DNA of 64,000 bases from an uncultured bacterium (lineage in GTDB: Bacteria; Bacillota; Bacilli; Lactobacillales; Streptococcaceae). The stretch is from contig CAURVH010000007.1 in assembly GCA_963528645.1 (NCBI GenBank), forward strand, positions 28 through 64,027, written 5' to 3'. Both the position numbers and the translations under genes were made by a program. Positions within the stretch are counted from its first letter, which is position 1. Each line of letters opens with the position of its first letter. Shown one piece after another: positions 31,977 to 44,308 of this stretch. The notes under the pieces are model-generated. The model was not told the origin of the DNA, made no database searches, and saw nothing but the letters and a program-made list of their open reading frames with translations.

Positions 31977-32630
31977 ATGAAACAGTTTTTAAAAGTTCTA
32001 GCGAAGGTCATCGCGATCCCTTGTGGCTGTCTCTGCCTTCTTGCGACCCTAGCATTTCTACTACTGATGAATCTTTTCAAGGCTTCACCAAGTGACATCC
32101 GTGAGGGGAATGAAGCCTTAAAACAAATCTTTATCTCCCTTGACATGCCTCCTAAGAAAGTAGAATCAAATGGACACTATCAATTCGAGGGTGGAGGCTT
32201 ACATTTTTATGTTACTTTCTCAGATGAGGTTATCAATACTCACCCCGTCCTAAAAGCAAGTCCAAAACTCACCAAAAACCGACTCGAAGTCTATGTCCTA
32301 CAAACAGGAGAGATTTCATACTATAAAGTAGGGGATAACTTGTTCAATCATGGTTTATTGCAGTTTTTAGAGAAAGAAAGCGAGAAGTATCTCCAAGAAA
32401 TCGGAAAGAAATTTAATCCTAATTACTCAATTCTCTTTTGGAATGATCAGGAAAGTCTAAAAAAGGGAATTGCATTCTATGAAAAAGCTTTGACTTTAGT
32501 GGATATTCAGGAGAATTCGGCGATTAAACACATTGATACCGTCACCGTTAAGCCAGGTAAAGAAGCGGAAATCAAGCAACTCATTCAGGAGATGGATGAA
32601 GCTGGCTTGCTCACTCAAAAGTATACATAG
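31977..32630 (+). CDS. Hypothetical membrane-anchored protein
   Basis: GGGAGG RBS, single N-terminal hydrophobic segment. Confidence 0.75.
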   Translation: MKQFLKVLAKVIAIPCGCLCLLATLAFLLLMNLFKASPSDIREGNEALKQIFISLDMPPKKVESNGHYQFEGGGLHFYVTFSDEVINTHPVLKASPKLTKNRLEVYVLQTGEISYYKVGDNLFNHGLLQFLEKESEKYLQEIGKKFNPNYSILFWNDQESLKKGIAFYEKALTLVDIQENSAIKHIDTVTVKPGKEAEIKQLIQEMDEAGLLTQKYT

Positions 32631-32680
32631 TAGGCTAACTGGAAAATGATTTTTCGACGCTAAATTTTCAAAGATAACAC

Positions 32681-32706
32681 AAAAAAGAGCCAATCGGCTC
32701 TTTTTA
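32681..32706. terminator. Bidirectional terminator at the dnaJ 3' end
   Basis: AAAAAAGAGCC-AATC-GGCTCTTTTT. Confidence 0.85.
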
Positions 32707-32708
32707 CT

Positions 32709-33845
32709 TTATTCACCTTCAAAGGCATCTTTTATATGGTCAAAGAAGCCTTTTTTCTTTGGATTGACTTTCAAGTCACCTGCAGCTGCGAATTCTTTAA
32801 GAGCAGCTTTTTGGCGGTCGTTCAAGCCTGTCGGAGTTACGACATTGACAGTAACGTATTGGTCACCAACAGCACCACCACGAAGGCTCGGTGCTCCCTT
32901 GCCACGTAGACGGAATTTCTTACCTGTCTGAGTTCCTTCTGGGATGACCAATTCAACATCGCCATGCACGGTTGGAATTTCCACAGTATCCCCAAGAGCT
33001 GCTTGGACAATATTGAGATTCAACTTATAGAAAATAGTTGTTCCTTCACGTTCAAACTTATCGCTTGCTTCTACAGAAACCACCACGTACAAGTCACCAT
33101 AAGGTCCACCGTTAAAGCCTGCTTCACCTTGACCAGCTAGGCGGATTTGTTGGCCTGTTTCCACACCAGCAGGGATTTTCACATGTACGCTATGGGCTTG
33201 TTTTTCATGACCTGTTCCGTGACAAGTTGTACATGGATCTTTGATTTCCTTTCCGCGACCATGACAGACATCACAGGTTACTTGGCGGCGCATCATACCA
33301 AGCGGAGTCTGCGTATCGACATTAATGACACCAGCGCCATGACAGCGTCCACAAGTGACTGGACTTGTTCCTGGTTTAGCACCAGATCCATTACATGTAC
33401 GACAGCTGGCTTCACGATTGTATTTAACTTCTTTTTCCGTTCCAAAGATAGCTTCTTCAAAAGTCAAATTCACACGATACTGGAGGTCATCCCCTTGACG
33501 AGGAGCGTTTGGATTGCGCGAAGCTCCGCCTCCGCCAAAGAAACTTGAGAAGATATCCTCAAAACCACCGAAGCCACCTGCTCCGTCAAAGCCACCAAAA
33601 CCGCCAGCACCACCAAAGCCACCGTTGGCACCCGCAGCCCCATACTGGTCGTAGGCTGCACGTTTTTGGTCATCACTCAAAGTCTCATAGGCTTCTTGAA
33701 CTTCCTTGTATTTTTCCTCAGCGCCAGGCTCCTTGTTGATATCTGGGTGATATTTTTTGGAAAGCTTACGATAAGCCTTTTTGATCTCGTCTGCCGAAGC
33801 GTTTTTTGACACCCCCAGACGATCATAAAATTCAGTATTGTTCAT
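32709..33845 (-). CDS. dnaJ: Chaperone DnaJ
   Basis: HPD J-domain, G/F region, four CxxCxGxG repeats. Confidence 0.99.
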   Translation of the reverse strand: MNNTEFYDRLGVSKNASADEIKKAYRKLSKKYHPDINKEPGAEEKYKEVQEAYETLSDDQKRAAYDQYGAAGANGGFGGAGGFGGFDGAGGFGGFEDIFSSFFGGGGASRNPNAPRQGDDLQYRVNLTFEEAIFGTEKEVKYNREASCRTCNGSGAKPGTSPVTCGRCHGAGVINVDTQTPLGMMRRQVTCDVCHGRGKEIKDPCTTCHGTGHEKQAHSVHVKIPAGVETGQQIRLAGQGEAGFNGGPYGDLYVVVSVEASDKFEREGTTIFYKLNLNIVQAALGDTVEIPTVHGDVELVIPEGTQTGKKFRLRGKGAPSLRGGAVGDQYVTVNVVTPTGLNDRQKAALKEFAAAGDLKVNPKKKGFFDHIKDAFEGE

Positions 33846-33956
33846 ACAAGATACTAAGAGCGAACAGAAAGCGACTGAAATTTAGGAAACCGACAAGAAA
33901 TCCTGATTTCTTAGGAGGTTTATCTAATTTCCAAGCTTTCCGCTCGAGTTCAATTA
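33846..33956. repeat. Long imperfect hairpin element D upstream of dnaJ
   Basis: GAGCG..GAAAGC..GAAATT..AAACC..AAGAAATC / GATTTCTT..GGTTT..AATTTC..GCTTTC..CGCTC nested arms. Confidence 0.75.
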
Positions 33957-33996
33957 CGAACACCCTTATTCCTTTCTATAATTTATAAGTAAATCA

Positions 33997-34629
33997 TTAG
34001 ATGGCATTTTCTATACTCTGTTTCACTTCATCAAACTCTTTGTCCGATAGAGTAAAAATCAAGTCCTCTTCTGAATATTCGTTCTGTTCTTTAAAATAGT
34101 TGTCAGTATTTTCTGCCAAACCTAGACCAAGAATCACTTTTCTTGCAAATTTTTGATGTGCAAAGCCTATAGCCGTAATGATATTTTTATCTTGCACAAC
34201 CAGTTTGGGTTGGAAATTCTCACGTGGAAGAAATTCAAAATAGTCAAAGAAGTTTTGCCAAATCCCACCTGTAAATTTTGTATCGTTCAGCAAACCTGCT
34301 TTTGCCAATAAAAGGGGCGCTGAAGAAATTGCTGCAATTAAGATATTCTGCTTGCCGAGTCCCCTCAAAAACGAATTTAATTTTTCATCCTGTAGAGCAG
34401 GAACTATATTTACCATTCCTGGCAAAATCACACAAGAATACTCTTCTATACGTACTTGATCCAATGTTTTTGTAGGTAAACAAGGCAAGCCATCTTCAGA
34501 GACCACCATCGAATAATCTGAAGCTACATAATCAATCGTGATGTCAAAAGACAGAGCTAAAGTACTTGTTAAAGTGGCTATCTCATAAAGAGAAAAATTG
34601 GGATAAAGGATACAAAGTACTTTTTTCAT
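33997..34629 (-). CDS. DJ-1/PfpI family protein
   Basis: LYPNFSLYE, VILPG, AAISSAPLLLAKAGLL, VVQDKNIITA. Confidence 0.85.
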   Translation of the reverse strand: MKKVLCILYPNFSLYEIATLTSTLALSFDITIDYVASDYSMVVSEDGLPCLPTKTLDQVRIEEYSCVILPGMVNIVPALQDEKLNSFLRGLGKQNILIAAISSAPLLLAKAGLLNDTKFTGGIWQNFFDYFEFLPRENFQPKLVVQDKNIITAIGFAHQKFARKVILGLGLAENTDNYFKEQNEYSEEDLIFTLSDKEFDEVKQSIENAI

Positions 34630-34735
34630 AAGCTACACCCTCTATTTTACCGAAAAACAGAGGCTGGGTTGCAACCTCTGGATTTCTTTTTATCATTACG
34701 ACATTCAAGTTTTAAAAATTAAACTAGTAATGCTG

Positions 34736-34895
34736 AATTGAGCACGCCCTAACCTCTTGGTGAAAAAGAGACGTAGCTGTTTTCGCTTTAGCGAATTACA
34801 GATATGGCTACCTTTAGGTGCAAATCTTTCTAGAAACTAAAGTTTATGCGTCAGATTTCCTATTTTCACTGTGAGGTTTTAACGGGCTTTGCATC

Positions 34896-34897
<2 letters not shown>
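34736..34897. repeat. Long hairpin element C downstream of dnaK
   Basis: GCCC-TAACCTC-TTG-GTGAAAA ... TTTTCAC-TGT-GAGGTT-TTAAC-GGGC with internal hairpins. Confidence 0.75.
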
Positions 34898-36734
<1,837 letters not shown>

Positions 36735-36749
36735 TTATTTTTTCTTTTT

Positions 36750-36863
36750 GATACTCTTCTTAAGTGGCGGCGCCGTCAGAGCTTGACTTCGTCAATCTCT
36801 TTGACTAAACTTTGAGCCTAAGGTCTCAAAGTTTGCGCAAATAGCGCCACGGCGAAGAGTATC
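36750..36863. repeat. Multi-branched hairpin element B in the grpE-dnaK intergenic region
   Basis: GATACTCTTC-TTAA-GTGGCG ... CGCCAC-GGC-GAAGAGTATC closing stem; internal AAACTTTGAGCC-TAA-GGTCTCAAAGTTT. Confidence 0.8.
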
Positions 36864-36920
36864 ATCTTTTGTTCACTTCGCTCACTATTGCAAAGCTGAA
36901 CTGCTTTCTTATCTTTCTTC

Positions 36921-37078
36921 ATAGTTTATTGTCGTTTCGGACAAGATTTCAATGTATTTATGTTGCGACACGAGAAGTCGAAATCGATTTTATTTCGACG
37001 ACGAGTTAGTAAGGAGGCTAGGCAAACGCCATAGCGATTGCCGTTTTCTGACGAGTTGCTTCAGCAACCGTCAGAATT
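36921..37078. repeat. Hairpin cluster E immediately after grpE
   Basis: GTCGAAAT..ATTTCGAC, GGCAA..TTGCC, TTCTGACG-A-GTTGCT-TC-AGCAAC-CGTCAGAA. Confidence 0.7.
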
Positions 37079-37080
37079 GC

Positions 37081-37596
37081 CTAGTTATAGACTACCACCA
37101 TGGCTGGGCGTAGAATGCGGTCATGGAGTTTGTAGCCTTTTTGGAAGACTTGGGCGATGGTGTCTACTGGGTGTTCATCGTCTGCTGGGAGAGTTTGGAT
37201 GGCCATATGGTAATTATGGTCAAATTCTCCATCAGCTACGATTTCTTCGATCCCTTCTTCTTTCAAAGCATGAATCAAGCTTTCTTGCACCATCTCCAAG
37301 CCTTTCTTCACATCATCTGTCAAACCTTCAACTGCGAGTGCACGTTCTAGGTTGTCGAGCGATGGTAAGATTGCTTTTGCTAAGTCCTGGCTACGATAGC
37401 GTTGCAAGTTTTGACGCTCTTCATTGGCACGGCGCTGGATATTTTGCATTTCTGCATGAGCGCGAAGGTATTTGTTTTCGAACTCATCCGCACGTTCATT
37501 TGCCAAGTCTAGCTCTGACTTTTCAGGAGTTGTTTCTTCAGTTGTTTCAACAACTTCCTCTTCTTTTACTTCTTCGTTTTTTGTTTCCTCAGACAT
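37081..37596 (-). CDS. grpE: Nucleotide exchange factor GrpE
   Basis: [41 protein letters not shown] before MSEE. Confidence 0.97.
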   Translation of the reverse strand: MSEETKNEEVKEEEVVETTEETTPEKSELDLANERADEFENKYLRAHAEMQNIQRRANEERQNLQRYRSQDLAKAILPSLDNLERALAVEGLTDDVKKGLEMVQESLIHALKEEGIEEIVADGEFDHNYHMAIQTLPADDEHPVDTIAQVFQKGYKLHDRILRPAMVVVYN

Positions 37597-37634
37597 TTTT
37601 CGCCTCCTTTTTAGGAATTTATGTAATTTCATGT

Positions 37635-38669
37635 TCAACTCACCTCATAATGATTACTACTCAAATATCGATAGAAATCTGTGAGTTTCATAGTTAGTAC
37701 TCGATTGACAACATTGAGTTGATTAACCAATTGCTGGTAATCCAGATTAACTGGACCGATAATGGCAAGAATTCCAAATCCTCGATAAGGGATGAGGAAT
37801 TTACTGCTAATCACTGCTAGGTCAGCGAGACAGGATTCTTGACTGTCTGCAACACGGACATTTTGCATCTGTTCTTCATGCAGACCCTCACGAATTTCCA
37901 GAGCCACTTTCTGTGGTTGGTCAAAGAACTGATAAGCTGCTAGATTTGCAAAATTCAAGAGATTGACCTTACCAGCCACCACAATGTTTTCGTTGAACAT
38001 TTCCTTAAAGATGTGTTCAAAGAGATCGATGACATTGTCCGTCGTTGTGAAGTAACGCTGGATAATCTGCGGAATCTCCGTCCGAATCTTGTAGTGAATA
38101 TCTAGAACGGTGTGACCGAGGAAACGTTCCTGAATGATTGCCTTCAGTTTCAGCAAATCCTCCTGCAAGAAGTTCCTTGGAATCAGAAACTGACTGGTAA
38201 CCGTTCGCGACTCATCAAGTGTAAAAACTGCAAGAGCGGTATGTTGTCCCAAAACAACGATATCAAAGGCTGTCAACCGTTGCCTGCTCGGCTCAACATC
38301 TAGCGCTACAACTGTGCAGCCACTTAAGTCTGTCAAGACATTAGCTGCCTCTTGTAGAATATCCTCCAATTTGAAGAATTCCTGATCAAAGGCTTTGACA
38401 ATCTCATAGACCTCATTTTCAGCTAATCGGTCAAAATCCAGTGAGTGTTTCACATAGTACTGAAAACCAGCAACACTTGGCATCCGACCGCTTGAAGTAT
38501 GCGCCTTCTCAAGCAAACCTTGCTTTTCTAGAGCCGCCATATCATTACGAATGGTTGCACTGCTAGAGTTGATGGACTCTTGCAAAGCTTTGGATCCGAC
38601 AGGTTCGTGCGTTTTGGTAAAGATGTCAATAATCAGATTTAAAATATCCTGCTGACGCTCTGTAACCAT
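37635..38669 (-). CDS. hrcA: Heat-inducible repressor HrcA
   Basis: [24 protein letters not shown]. Confidence 0.98.
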   Translation of the reverse strand: MVTERQQDILNLIIDIFTKTHEPVGSKALQESINSSSATIRNDMAALEKQGLLEKAHTSSGRMPSVAGFQYYVKHSLDFDRLAENEVYEIVKAFDQEFFKLEDILQEAANVLTDLSGCTVVALDVEPSRQRLTAFDIVVLGQHTALAVFTLDESRTVTSQFLIPRNFLQEDLLKLKAIIQERFLGHTVLDIHYKIRTEIPQIIQRYFTTTDNVIDLFEHIFKEMFNENIVVAGKVNLLNFANLAAYQFFDQPQKVALEIREGLHEEQMQNVRVADSQESCLADLAVISSKFLIPYRGFGILAIIGPVNLDYQQLVNQLNVVNRVLTMKLTDFYRYLSSNHYEVS

Positions 38670-38695
38670 CTCATCACTCCTCTCTGTCCGATCGA

Positions 38696-38722
38696 TTAGC
38701 ACTCTGCATATCCAAGTGCTAA
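38696..38722. promoter_or_regulatory. CIRCE element (proximal) of the hrcA-dnaK operon
   Basis: TTAGCACTC-N9-AAGTGCTAA (1 mismatch). Confidence 0.92.
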
Positions 38723-38733
38723 CTCATGATTCT

Positions 38734-38761
38734 ATTATACACCCTTAGAAGAGAATGTCAA
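38734..38761 (-). promoter_or_regulatory. SigA promoter of hrcA
   Basis: TTGACA ... TATAAT on the minus strand, between two CIRCEs. Confidence 0.85.
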
Positions 38762-38778
38762 GACAAAAACTCAAAAAA

Positions 38779-38805
38779 TTAGCACTCTTTTATAAAGAGT
38801 GCTAA
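38779..38805. promoter_or_regulatory. CIRCE element (distal)
   Basis: Perfect TTAGCACTC-N9-GAGTGCTAA. Confidence 0.95.
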
Positions 38806-38829
38806 AAATCAGTCTGAAGACCTAGAAAC

Positions 38830-39342
38830 TTACCTTTCATCTACTTGGTATTTCCTTTTAAGTCTGTAATATCTATAGATCAGATAAGAAATTAAGCAAG
38901 CATATAAAAGAAAAATAATAAAGAAAGACATAGAAAGATCTTCTCGAAATAGACTCATGCAAACAACAAGACCGCCCGAGAAAGCAGCTGTACAGGAACG
39001 AAGTCTAGACCGCATAACTTCCCACCTGAGGTCCTTACTCATATAGACTTGATCCTCTGGAAGTATATCTGAAGATGATTTACGAAGAATCAAACAAGAA
39101 CCACTTTCTATCAATTCCCAACCTCTATTCCTAAAATTTTGCAGTTCATGCTTATACTTTTTAAGATGGCGAGTATCATAGATATGGTAGATGACATCGT
39201 CCGGTTGACATTGGTCAAAATAGAAAAAGCCCAAACGACTAGTTCTATATCTCCAACCTTTCAAGTGCATCTTATGCAAATAATCTTCTTCCTTGTCCAA
39301 ATCAACAATGGTGAAAATTCGAAATTGTACTTTGCTATTCAT
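38830..39342 (-). CDS. DUF2812 family membrane protein
   Basis: EEDYLHKMHLKGW, RGWE, two C-terminal TM helices. Confidence 0.8.
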   Translation of the reverse strand: MNSKVQFRIFTIVDLDKEEDYLHKMHLKGWRYRTSRLGFFYFDQCQPDDVIYHIYDTRHLKKYKHELQNFRNRGWELIESGSCLILRKSSSDILPEDQVYMSKDLRWEVMRSRLRSCTAAFSGGLVVCMSLFREDLSMSFFIIFLLYACLISYLIYRYYRLKRKYQVDER

Positions 39343-39376
39343 TGCCTGACCTCCAAATCAGAAAACAAGTATTGTT

Positions 39377-39952
39377 TCAGCTATCAGATAATTCTTTCCA
39401 CTTTTGGAACAATCTCCAAAAAATATAAGAAATCTGAATCGCAAAAACTATCAATAAAATACAATCCATAATAACAATCAAAAACATTACCCAACTGAAA
39501 GAACTACCTCCACTGAGAAACTTTGAGAAAACCGGTAGTAGAGCTGAAAAAAGAATCAAAATAGGTAGCATCCGCATTATTAAAATCCGTTTGACCATGG
39601 CTAACTTCCCAGTAGCGTCATTATAGATTTCAAACTCGGCATCCAACTCAATTTCAGAACGAAGCTTTCTAAAGTAGGAAAAGCCATTAAAGTCTGTAAT
39701 ATGCTCCCAGCCACAGTCTTTAAATAGTTGTAAATAGGAGGCTCTCTCTGATTTTTTCATGGGATAAAAATCCAACTGATAAGACACCTGCTCCGGTTGG
39801 AACTTTTCAAAAGTATACTTAACCGCAACTACTAAGTTAGAGTAGCTTACTTCCTTAAGCCTCCAGCCCTTAGAATGCATTTCCCCAAGGTATAAAGCCT
39901 CTCTATCATAATCCGCAATGGTAGTAATTCTATAAACAACCTTCTTTTCCAT
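39377..39952 (-). CDS. DUF2812 family membrane protein
   Basis: YLGEMHSKGW, YQLDF, DCGWE, YFRK, TM helices. Confidence 0.82.
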   Translation of the reverse strand: MEKKVVYRITTIADYDREALYLGEMHSKGWRLKEVSYSNLVVAVKYTFEKFQPEQVSYQLDFYPMKKSERASYLQLFKDCGWEHITDFNGFSYFRKLRSEIELDAEFEIYNDATGKLAMVKRILIMRMLPILILFSALLPVFSKFLSGGSSFSWVMFLIVIMDCILLIVFAIQISYIFWRLFQKWKELSDS

Positions 39953-40272
39953 CAACCTTCCTCCCGACTATTTCTGTAAAGTCGTTCAATACGTTTCAAT
40001 TCAATATCTAAGACTTTTCGTCCCAAATCTGTTATTTGATAGATTTTCCGTTTCTCCTCTTCTCGGACAAAGGAAATCAAGCCATCCTTTTCCATCTTTG
40101 ACAAGGTCCCATACATAGTCCCAGGACTAATCGAAACTTGCGAATCTGTCACCTCCTTGATCTTTTGTGTGATACCATACCCATGGTTCTCCTTCTGTAA
40201 ACAAAACAAGATATAAAAACCCGTTTCCGTCATCGGAAGATAAACCCGACGAATCTTATCCGTCAATTCCAT
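39952..40272 (-). CDS. PadR family transcriptional regulator
   Basis: HGYGI, SPGTMYGTL, RKIYQITDLG. Confidence 0.92.
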   Translation of the reverse strand: MELTDKIRRVYLPMTETGFYILFCLQKENHGYGITQKIKEVTDSQVSISPGTMYGTLSKMEKDGLISFVREEEKRKIYQITDLGRKVLDIELKRIERLYRNSREEG

Positions 40273-40298
40273 TTAACCCCACCTCCTATTTAGTTCGA

Positions 40299-40341
40299 TA
40301 TATCGCACTTCGTTATATAAAATATATCACAGCTCGATATA
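40299..40341. promoter_or_regulatory. Putative PadR operator (two tandem palindromes)
   Basis: TATATCG-CACTT-CGTTATA and TATATCA-CAGCT-CGATATA, each 1 mismatch from TATATCG-N5-CGATATA. Confidence 0.6.
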
Positions 40342-40386
40342 AAACGCAAGAAAAAAAGACCGCCCTCAGGCAATCTTTCTTCGATA

Positions 40387-41733
40387 TTAGTAAAGGTCTA
40401 GATAATTATCGACTTCCCATTGTGAAACGAAGGTCGCATAGCTAGCCCACTCGATACGTTTGGCTTCAAGGAAACTAGTATAGATGTGGTCACCTAGGGC
40501 CTCCTTGACCACTTCATCTTCTGTCAAAGCTTTCAAGGCGTTGTGAAGAGTTGATGGAAGATCAGTGATCCCAGCTTCCTTACGCTCTTCTGCTGTCATG
40601 ATGTAGATATTTTCTTCAATAGGAGCTGGTGCTTCGATTTTGTTTTCAATACCATGCAAACCAACTTCCAAAAGAACAGCCATAGCGATGTATGGGTTTG
40701 CCATTGGGTCCACTGAACGCAACTCAAGACGAGTTCCCATACCACGTGAAGCCGGCACGCGCACAAGTGGCGAACGGTTACGACCAGCCCAAGCAATGTA
40801 AACAGGTGCTTCATAACCTGGAACCAAACGTTTGTATGAGTTAACTGTTGGGTTCATGATAGCAGTATAGTTGTAAGCATGCTTAATCAAACCGCCAAGG
40901 AAATGATAGGCCGTTTCAGACAACTGCATTCCTTTTGGATCATTTGGATCAAAGAAGGCATTATTTCCTTCTGCATCAAACAAGGACATATTACAGTGCA
41001 TACCTGATCCAGCAATACCAAATTTTGGTTTCGCCATAAAGGTTGCGTAAAGACCGTGTTTACGAGCAATGGTTTTAACAACAAGTTTAAAGATTTGAAT
41101 CTTGTCACAGGCACGGAGGACTTCATCATACTTGAAGTCAATTTCATGTTGTCCAACCGCAACCTCGTGGTGACTCGCTTCTACTTCAAATCCCATTTTG
41201 GTCAAGACATTCACGATTTCACGACGTGTATTGTCCGCAAGGTCAGTAGGCGCCAAATCAAAGTAGCCACCCTTGTCGTTTACTTCAAGTGTCGGGTCAC
41301 CATTTTCATCGAGTTTAAATAGGAAGAATTCTGGCTCTGGACCAAGGTTGAAGGATTTGAATCCTACTTTTTCCATATGACGAAGAGCACGTTTGAGGTT
41401 GCCACGAGGGTCACCTGCAAATGGTTCTCCTTCTGTTGTATAGACATCACAGATCAAACCTGCAACACTTCCATTCTCATCTCCCCAAGGGAAGACTGTC
41501 CATGTATCCAAGTCTGGGTACAAGTACATATCTGACTCATTGATACGTACAAAACCTTCAATAGAAGATCCATCAAACATGGCTTTATTTGACAAGACCT
41601 TGTCTAACTGTTCATCTGTAGCAGGAATTTCGACGTTTTTCATCGTCCCCAAGATATCTGAAAACATGAGACGAATAAAGGTAACATTTTTTTCCTTGAC
41701 TTCACGACGAATATCTGCAGCTGTGATTGGCAT
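40387..41733 (-). CDS. glnA: Glutamine synthetase type I
   Basis: [31 protein letters not shown]. Confidence 0.99.
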   Translation of the reverse strand: MPITAADIRREVKEKNVTFIRLMFSDILGTMKNVEIPATDEQLDKVLSNKAMFDGSSIEGFVRINESDMYLYPDLDTWTVFPWGDENGSVAGLICDVYTTEGEPFAGDPRGNLKRALRHMEKVGFKSFNLGPEPEFFLFKLDENGDPTLEVNDKGGYFDLAPTDLADNTRREIVNVLTKMGFEVEASHHEVAVGQHEIDFKYDEVLRACDKIQIFKLVVKTIARKHGLYATFMAKPKFGIAGSGMHCNMSLFDAEGNNAFFDPNDPKGMQLSETAYHFLGGLIKHAYNYTAIMNPTVNSYKRLVPGYEAPVYIAWAGRNRSPLVRVPASRGMGTRLELRSVDPMANPYIAMAVLLEVGLHGIENKIEAPAPIEENIYIMTAEERKEAGITDLPSTLHNALKALTEDEVVKEALGDHIYTSFLEAKRIEWASYATFVSQWEVDNYLDLY

Positions 41734-41769
41734 GGTTTTTCTCCTTAATTTTTGACTACTTGCGATTGC

Positions 41770-42126
41770 CTAACCGCGACCAAAAGGTGACTGTGCTGAA
41801 GCAAAGCGTCCCTGTTGGAGGAGCTCATTATGAAGCGCACGACGCACTTCCGTTGGGCTCACTGCTTTCTTGGATTTCGCCTCACGTTCAGCATATTTTT
41901 TCTTAATGGCAGCGATGTTGAAACCTTCAGAAATATAATCTTTGATTTCAAGCAAACGATCCATGTCATTCAAAGAATACATGCGACGGTTCCCTTCGTT
42001 TCGATCAGGCTTTATCAACTCTTGATCTTCATAATAACGAATCTGACGCGCCGAGAGATCGGTCAATTTCATAACACTGCCGATAGGAAAAACAGCCATA
42101 TTTCGGCGAAATTCTCTTTCCTTCAT
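41770..42126 (-). CDS. glnR: Nitrogen regulator GlnR (MerR family)
   Basis: LSARQIRYYE; upstream of glnA. Confidence 0.96.
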   Translation of the reverse strand: MKEREFRRNMAVFPIGSVMKLTDLSARQIRYYEDQELIKPDRNEGNRRMYSLNDMDRLLEIKDYISEGFNIAAIKKKYAEREAKSKKAVSPTEVRRALHNELLQQGRFASAQSPFGRG

Positions 42127-42185
42127 TTACAATTTCCTTCTTCCTGTCTATTATAGTCTAAAAAAAGACATACGTCAACGAATAA

Positions 42186-42202
42186 TGTCATAAAATGTAA
42201 CA
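42186..42202. promoter_or_regulatory. GlnR box
   Basis: TGTCA-TAAAATG-TAACA = TGTNA-N7-TNACA. Confidence 0.9.
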
Positions 42203-42730
42203 TTATTTTCTTTTTTTATCCCAAAAGAGTTTCAGTTGCTCAATATCATAATTTACAAGGATTGCGACAAAAACTCCCATAAATGTTTCAAATACGCGCG
42301 CAAACACGTACAAAAATGTTTCTCCGCTTGGTATTGATAGGGTAATGATTAACATAGCCGCTACACCACCGATAACTCCTGCCTTGTTGTTCATGGCGAC
42401 ATTTGTCATAATGGTTAACATGGTGCAAATCGGAACAACTAGTAAGGTTACCCAAAAGGCTCCATGAAATAAAGTGTTTAAGAGGAAAAAGACAAGGGCG
42501 TAAAAACCGCCAATGCTATTTCCTAAGATACGCGAAGTTCCAAAATGGACGCTCTTATCAAAGCTCTCTCGTAGACTGAAGACCGCTGTCAATGCTCCGA
42601 TTTGAAGCCCCTTCCAGCCAAAAAAACCAAAAATCAAGAGAACTATAAATACAGCAATCCCCGTTTTGAAAGTTCGCATACCAAGCTTGAACTGTGACTT
42701 ATCAAATTTATATTTTTTAAAATAACCCAT
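42203..42730 (-). CDS. Aromatic acid exporter/FUSC-like membrane protein
   Basis: GMRTFKTGIAV, RILGNSIG. Confidence 0.82.
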   Translation of the reverse strand: MGYFKKYKFDKSQFKLGMRTFKTGIAVFIVLLIFGFFGWKGLQIGALTAVFSLRESFDKSVHFGTSRILGNSIGGFYALVFFLLNTLFHGAFWVTLLVVPICTMLTIMTNVAMNNKAGVIGGVAAMLIITLSIPSGETFLYVFARVFETFMGVFVAILVNYDIEQLKLFWDKKRK

Positions 42731-42868
42731 AATCTCAACTTTCTATTTCCATTTTATCATAATTTAGTTGATTTTATGAGCCAAAATCAATCGGAAACGT
42801 TTTTAATTCAAGCTACAAGAAAAAGAGGAAACAAAGTTCCTCTTTTCTATGATTTCATCTAAGAAAGC

Positions 42869-44068
42869 TTATTTTTCTGTAAGTGCAGCCAATCCTGGCA
42901 ATACTTTACCTTCAAGGAGTTCCATTGATGCTCCACCACCAGTAGAGATCCATGAGAACTTGTCTGCACGACCAAGGTTGATTGCTGCAGCAGCTGAGTC
43001 ACCACCACCGATGATTGATTTCACACCTGGTTGTTTAACGATAGCATCCATGACACCGATTGTACCAGCTTGGAAGTCTGGGTTTTCAAATACACCCATA
43101 GGTCCATTCCATACAACTGTTTTGGCACCAGCCAAAGCTTCGTCAAATTTAGCGATAGATTTTGGACCGATATCCAAACCAAGGAAACCTGGGTCTACTG
43201 CTTCACCTTCAGTGTCTTTCACTTCAGTGTAGTCAGCAAATGCGTTTGCTTCTTTTGAGTCAACTGGCAAGATCAATTTGCCGTTTGCTTTTTCAAGAAG
43301 AGCTTTCGCAACATCCAATTTGTCTTCTTCTACAAGTGAGTTACCGATTTCGATACCTTGCGCTTTGTAGAATGTGTAAGTCATACCACCACCGATAAGA
43401 ACTTTATCAGCTTTTTCAAGCAAGTTTTCGATAACACCGATCTTGTCTGAAACTTTTGAACCACCAAGGATAGCTACGAATGGACGTTCTGGAGTTTCAA
43501 CTGCTTCTTGGATGTAGGCAATTTCGTTTTCAAGAAGGAAACCAGCAACTGCTTTTTCAACGTTTGCTGAGATACCAACGTTAGATGCGTGTGCACGGTG
43601 AGCTGTACCGAATGCATCGTTTACGAAGATACCATCTCCAAGAGATGCCCAGTATTTACCAAGTTCAGGATCGTTTTTAGATTCTTTCTTGCCGTCAACA
43701 TCTTCGAAACGAGTGTTTTCAACCAAGAGAACTTGTCCATCTTCAAGAGCGTTAACAGCGGCTTCCAATTCAGCACCACGTGTAACACATGGGATAAATT
43801 TAACTTCTTGTCCCAATTTAGCAGCCAAGTCAGCAGCTACAGGAGCAAGTGATTTACCTTCTTTATCTGCTTCTTCTTTTACACGTCCAAGGTGAGAGAA
43901 GAGGATTGCACGTCCACCTTGTTCAAGGATGTACTTGATAGTTGGAAGAGCTGCAGTGATACGGTTGTCATTGGTAATCACGCCATCTTTTACAGGAACG
44001 TTGAAGTCAACACGAACGAGAACTTTTTTCCCTTTCAAGTCAACGTCTTTAACAGTCAATTTTGCCAT
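42869..44068 (-). CDS. pgk: Phosphoglycerate kinase
   Basis: [29 protein letters not shown]. Confidence 0.99.
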   Translation of the reverse strand: MAKLTVKDVDLKGKKVLVRVDFNVPVKDGVITNDNRITAALPTIKYILEQGGRAILFSHLGRVKEEADKEGKSLAPVAADLAAKLGQEVKFIPCVTRGAELEAAVNALEDGQVLLVENTRFEDVDGKKESKNDPELGKYWASLGDGIFVNDAFGTAHRAHASNVGISANVEKAVAGFLLENEIAYIQEAVETPERPFVAILGGSKVSDKIGVIENLLEKADKVLIGGGMTYTFYKAQGIEIGNSLVEEDKLDVAKALLEKANGKLILPVDSKEANAFADYTEVKDTEGEAVDPGFLGLDIGPKSIAKFDEALAGAKTVVWNGPMGVFENPDFQAGTIGVMDAIVKQPGVKSIIGGGDSAAAAINLGRADKFSWISTGGGASMELLEGKVLPGLAALTEK

Positions 44069-44239
44069 TAGATATGACTCCTTCTTTTTTTATACGTGTT
44101 AATTATATCACAAAATCAACAAAAGAGATAGCAAAACCCTAAACTTTTCGAGTTCATTCTTGCAACTGAAACTACTTTTTTTAAAATTAAAACTAGAAAA
44201 ATCTTGCCAAATAACTAATTAATGCAAGAAAAACGAGTT

Positions 44240-44281
44240 AAAACAAGGCTTGACTACTCTACAGTCAAACCTTGTTTTTTA
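44240..44281. terminator. Terminator after the GH85 gene
   Basis: AAAACAAGGCTTGACT-ACTCTAC-AGTCAAACCTTGTTTT. Confidence 0.75.
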
Positions 44282-44308
44282 GTTTTTATGAGAAAATCCA
44301 AGATTCGA

